From Podarcis melisellensis (taxonomy: Eukaryota): a stretch of DNA of 64,000 bases. The stretch lies in assembly GCA_964234715.1 (NCBI GenBank), contig OZ174278.1, one strand, 5' to 3'. Of the stretch, positions 62,785 to 64,000 are shown piece after piece. A program made the position numbers and the translations under genes. The notes under the pieces are model-generated. The model did not search any database and was not told where the DNA came from. It worked only from the letters and a program-made list of their open reading frames with translations. The first letter of the stretch is position 1; the number at the start of each line of letters is the position of its first letter.

Positions 62785-63188
62785 CACCAGGATGAACTTT
62801 CTGGTGGTAAGAGCTGTTTGACAGTGGAATGGGCTCTCCTTCATTGGAGATTTTTAAGAAGAGGTTGGGTGGCCACCTGTCATGGATGCTTTGGGTGAGA
62901 TTCCTGCATTGCAGGGGGTTGTTATTATTATTATTTATTAAACTTGCATACCGTCCTATACTGCAGGTCTCAAGGCCCTTCACATGATAAAATCACAATA
63001 TAAAAACACAAAATATATCATCAAAATAAAAACAAAAACAACCCACTAACACACACCCCTAACAGATTTTAAAAAGGCATTGGATGTCAATCAGCCAAAG
63101 GCCTGGTTAAAGAGAAACACTTTTGCCTGGTGCACAGAGGGGGTTGACCTAGATGACCCTCTGAGTCCCTTCCAACAATTCTATGATC
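62785..63188 (+). mobile_element. CR1-type 3' end interrupted by a minus-strand L2-related 3' fragment (62922-63137)
   Basis: gattcctgcattgcagggggttg|insert|agggggttgacctagatgaccc...ttctatgat. TSD AGGGGGTTG at 62913-62921 and 63138-63146. Confidence 0.75.
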
Positions 63189-64000
63189 CTGTGATATGAC
63201 CAGGGGACTTCCTGATTCACAGGTCGTTCTGCCATCCATTCTGCTACACGCCTGTCCTCCTCCTCCCCTTTCACCTGTATTGACATTTACAAGGAGTATA
63301 AGGGGGAAGTCCCTGGTATGGTGAAGTCTTATATGAAAGCACTTGAGGATGACCTTTGGCTGAGTACATTTAGAAAAGAAAAGAAAGGACAAGACAAGAC
63401 TTCAAAGTTTTTCAAAATCTACTTTCAGATGAAATTGGCAGTTGGTTCATTCCAACAGATTGCCAAAGACATCAGGAAACACAGCCAGATGAGGCAGCAG
63501 GAGAATCCCTGGACTCTTTCTTTGTTGTCTTTATTTCTGGGAAGGAAAGCCAGTGCTTCAGATGCTGAACAAAACTGCAAAACTCCAGAAGAGTCCAGAT
63601 GTGTTGGAAACACCACACTATGGCACCTTAGAGACTAAGGGCCAGTTTATAAATAACATCCACACAGAAAAAGCTCTTGCAGATGTTGGCTGCCCATATG
63701 GCCGGCACCAGGTCTAAAATATTCTTACTCTGTGCACCAGTTTGTATATCTGCAGCTATCTGTGGCCCAGGCATGAATCTAGAAGCCTTTCATATGTTGG
63801 ATAGCCTTTCAGACATGATGCCAGTAGAAGTCAGAGCCGGCTCAGGTGAGTGTGTGTTTGTGGTCTCCTTGTGTCCATTGTTATATTGAACTGGAGCATT
63901 CAGGTGATATTAGAGTTGTCACTGCTTGCCATACACAGCTTGTCACCCCAGCCCAGCCCCCATCTATTATAATAATAATTTATTATTTATTCCCCACCCA

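Noticed and set aside
30655-64000. ARHGAP31 exon 1 or another host gene
   Set aside because: No MKNKG...AFGCDL-like exon or host CpG island was found. The only CpG-rich stretches belong to TEs.

Overview
Vertebrate genomic DNA, most likely from a squamate (probably lacertid) lizard, judged from Sauria/Squam-type SINEs and the LINE content. The window holds most of ARHGAP31 (CdGAP, a Cdc42/Rac1 GAP) on the minus strand. Eleven coding exons (human exons 2-12) lie at 2761-30525, and every visible junction is GT-AG and phase-compatible. The 3' UTR probably runs to ATTAAA signals near 165-181. Exon 2 is cut by a 129-N assembly gap, and exon 1 was not found, so about 30.5-64 kb is intron 1. Intron 1 contains an 11.8-kb nest of retroelements. 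The host is an RTE-clade LINE with a 5' inversion, an 11-bp TSD and an (AAG)n tail. A near-intact full-length L1 and a truncated L2 inserted into it about 22 bp apart. On the host-gene strand, the L1 5' UTR carries a polypyrimidine-CAG|GTAAGT motif that resembles a recursive splice site. Short SINEs with three different Pol III heads (tRNA-Lys, tRNA-Ile and 5S rRNA) share one CR1-type 3' tail. The rest is Sauria and Squam3-like SINEs, Tc1/mariner and hAT MITEs, solo LTRs, old LINE fragments and microsatellites. All family names come from remembered motifs, not database searches.
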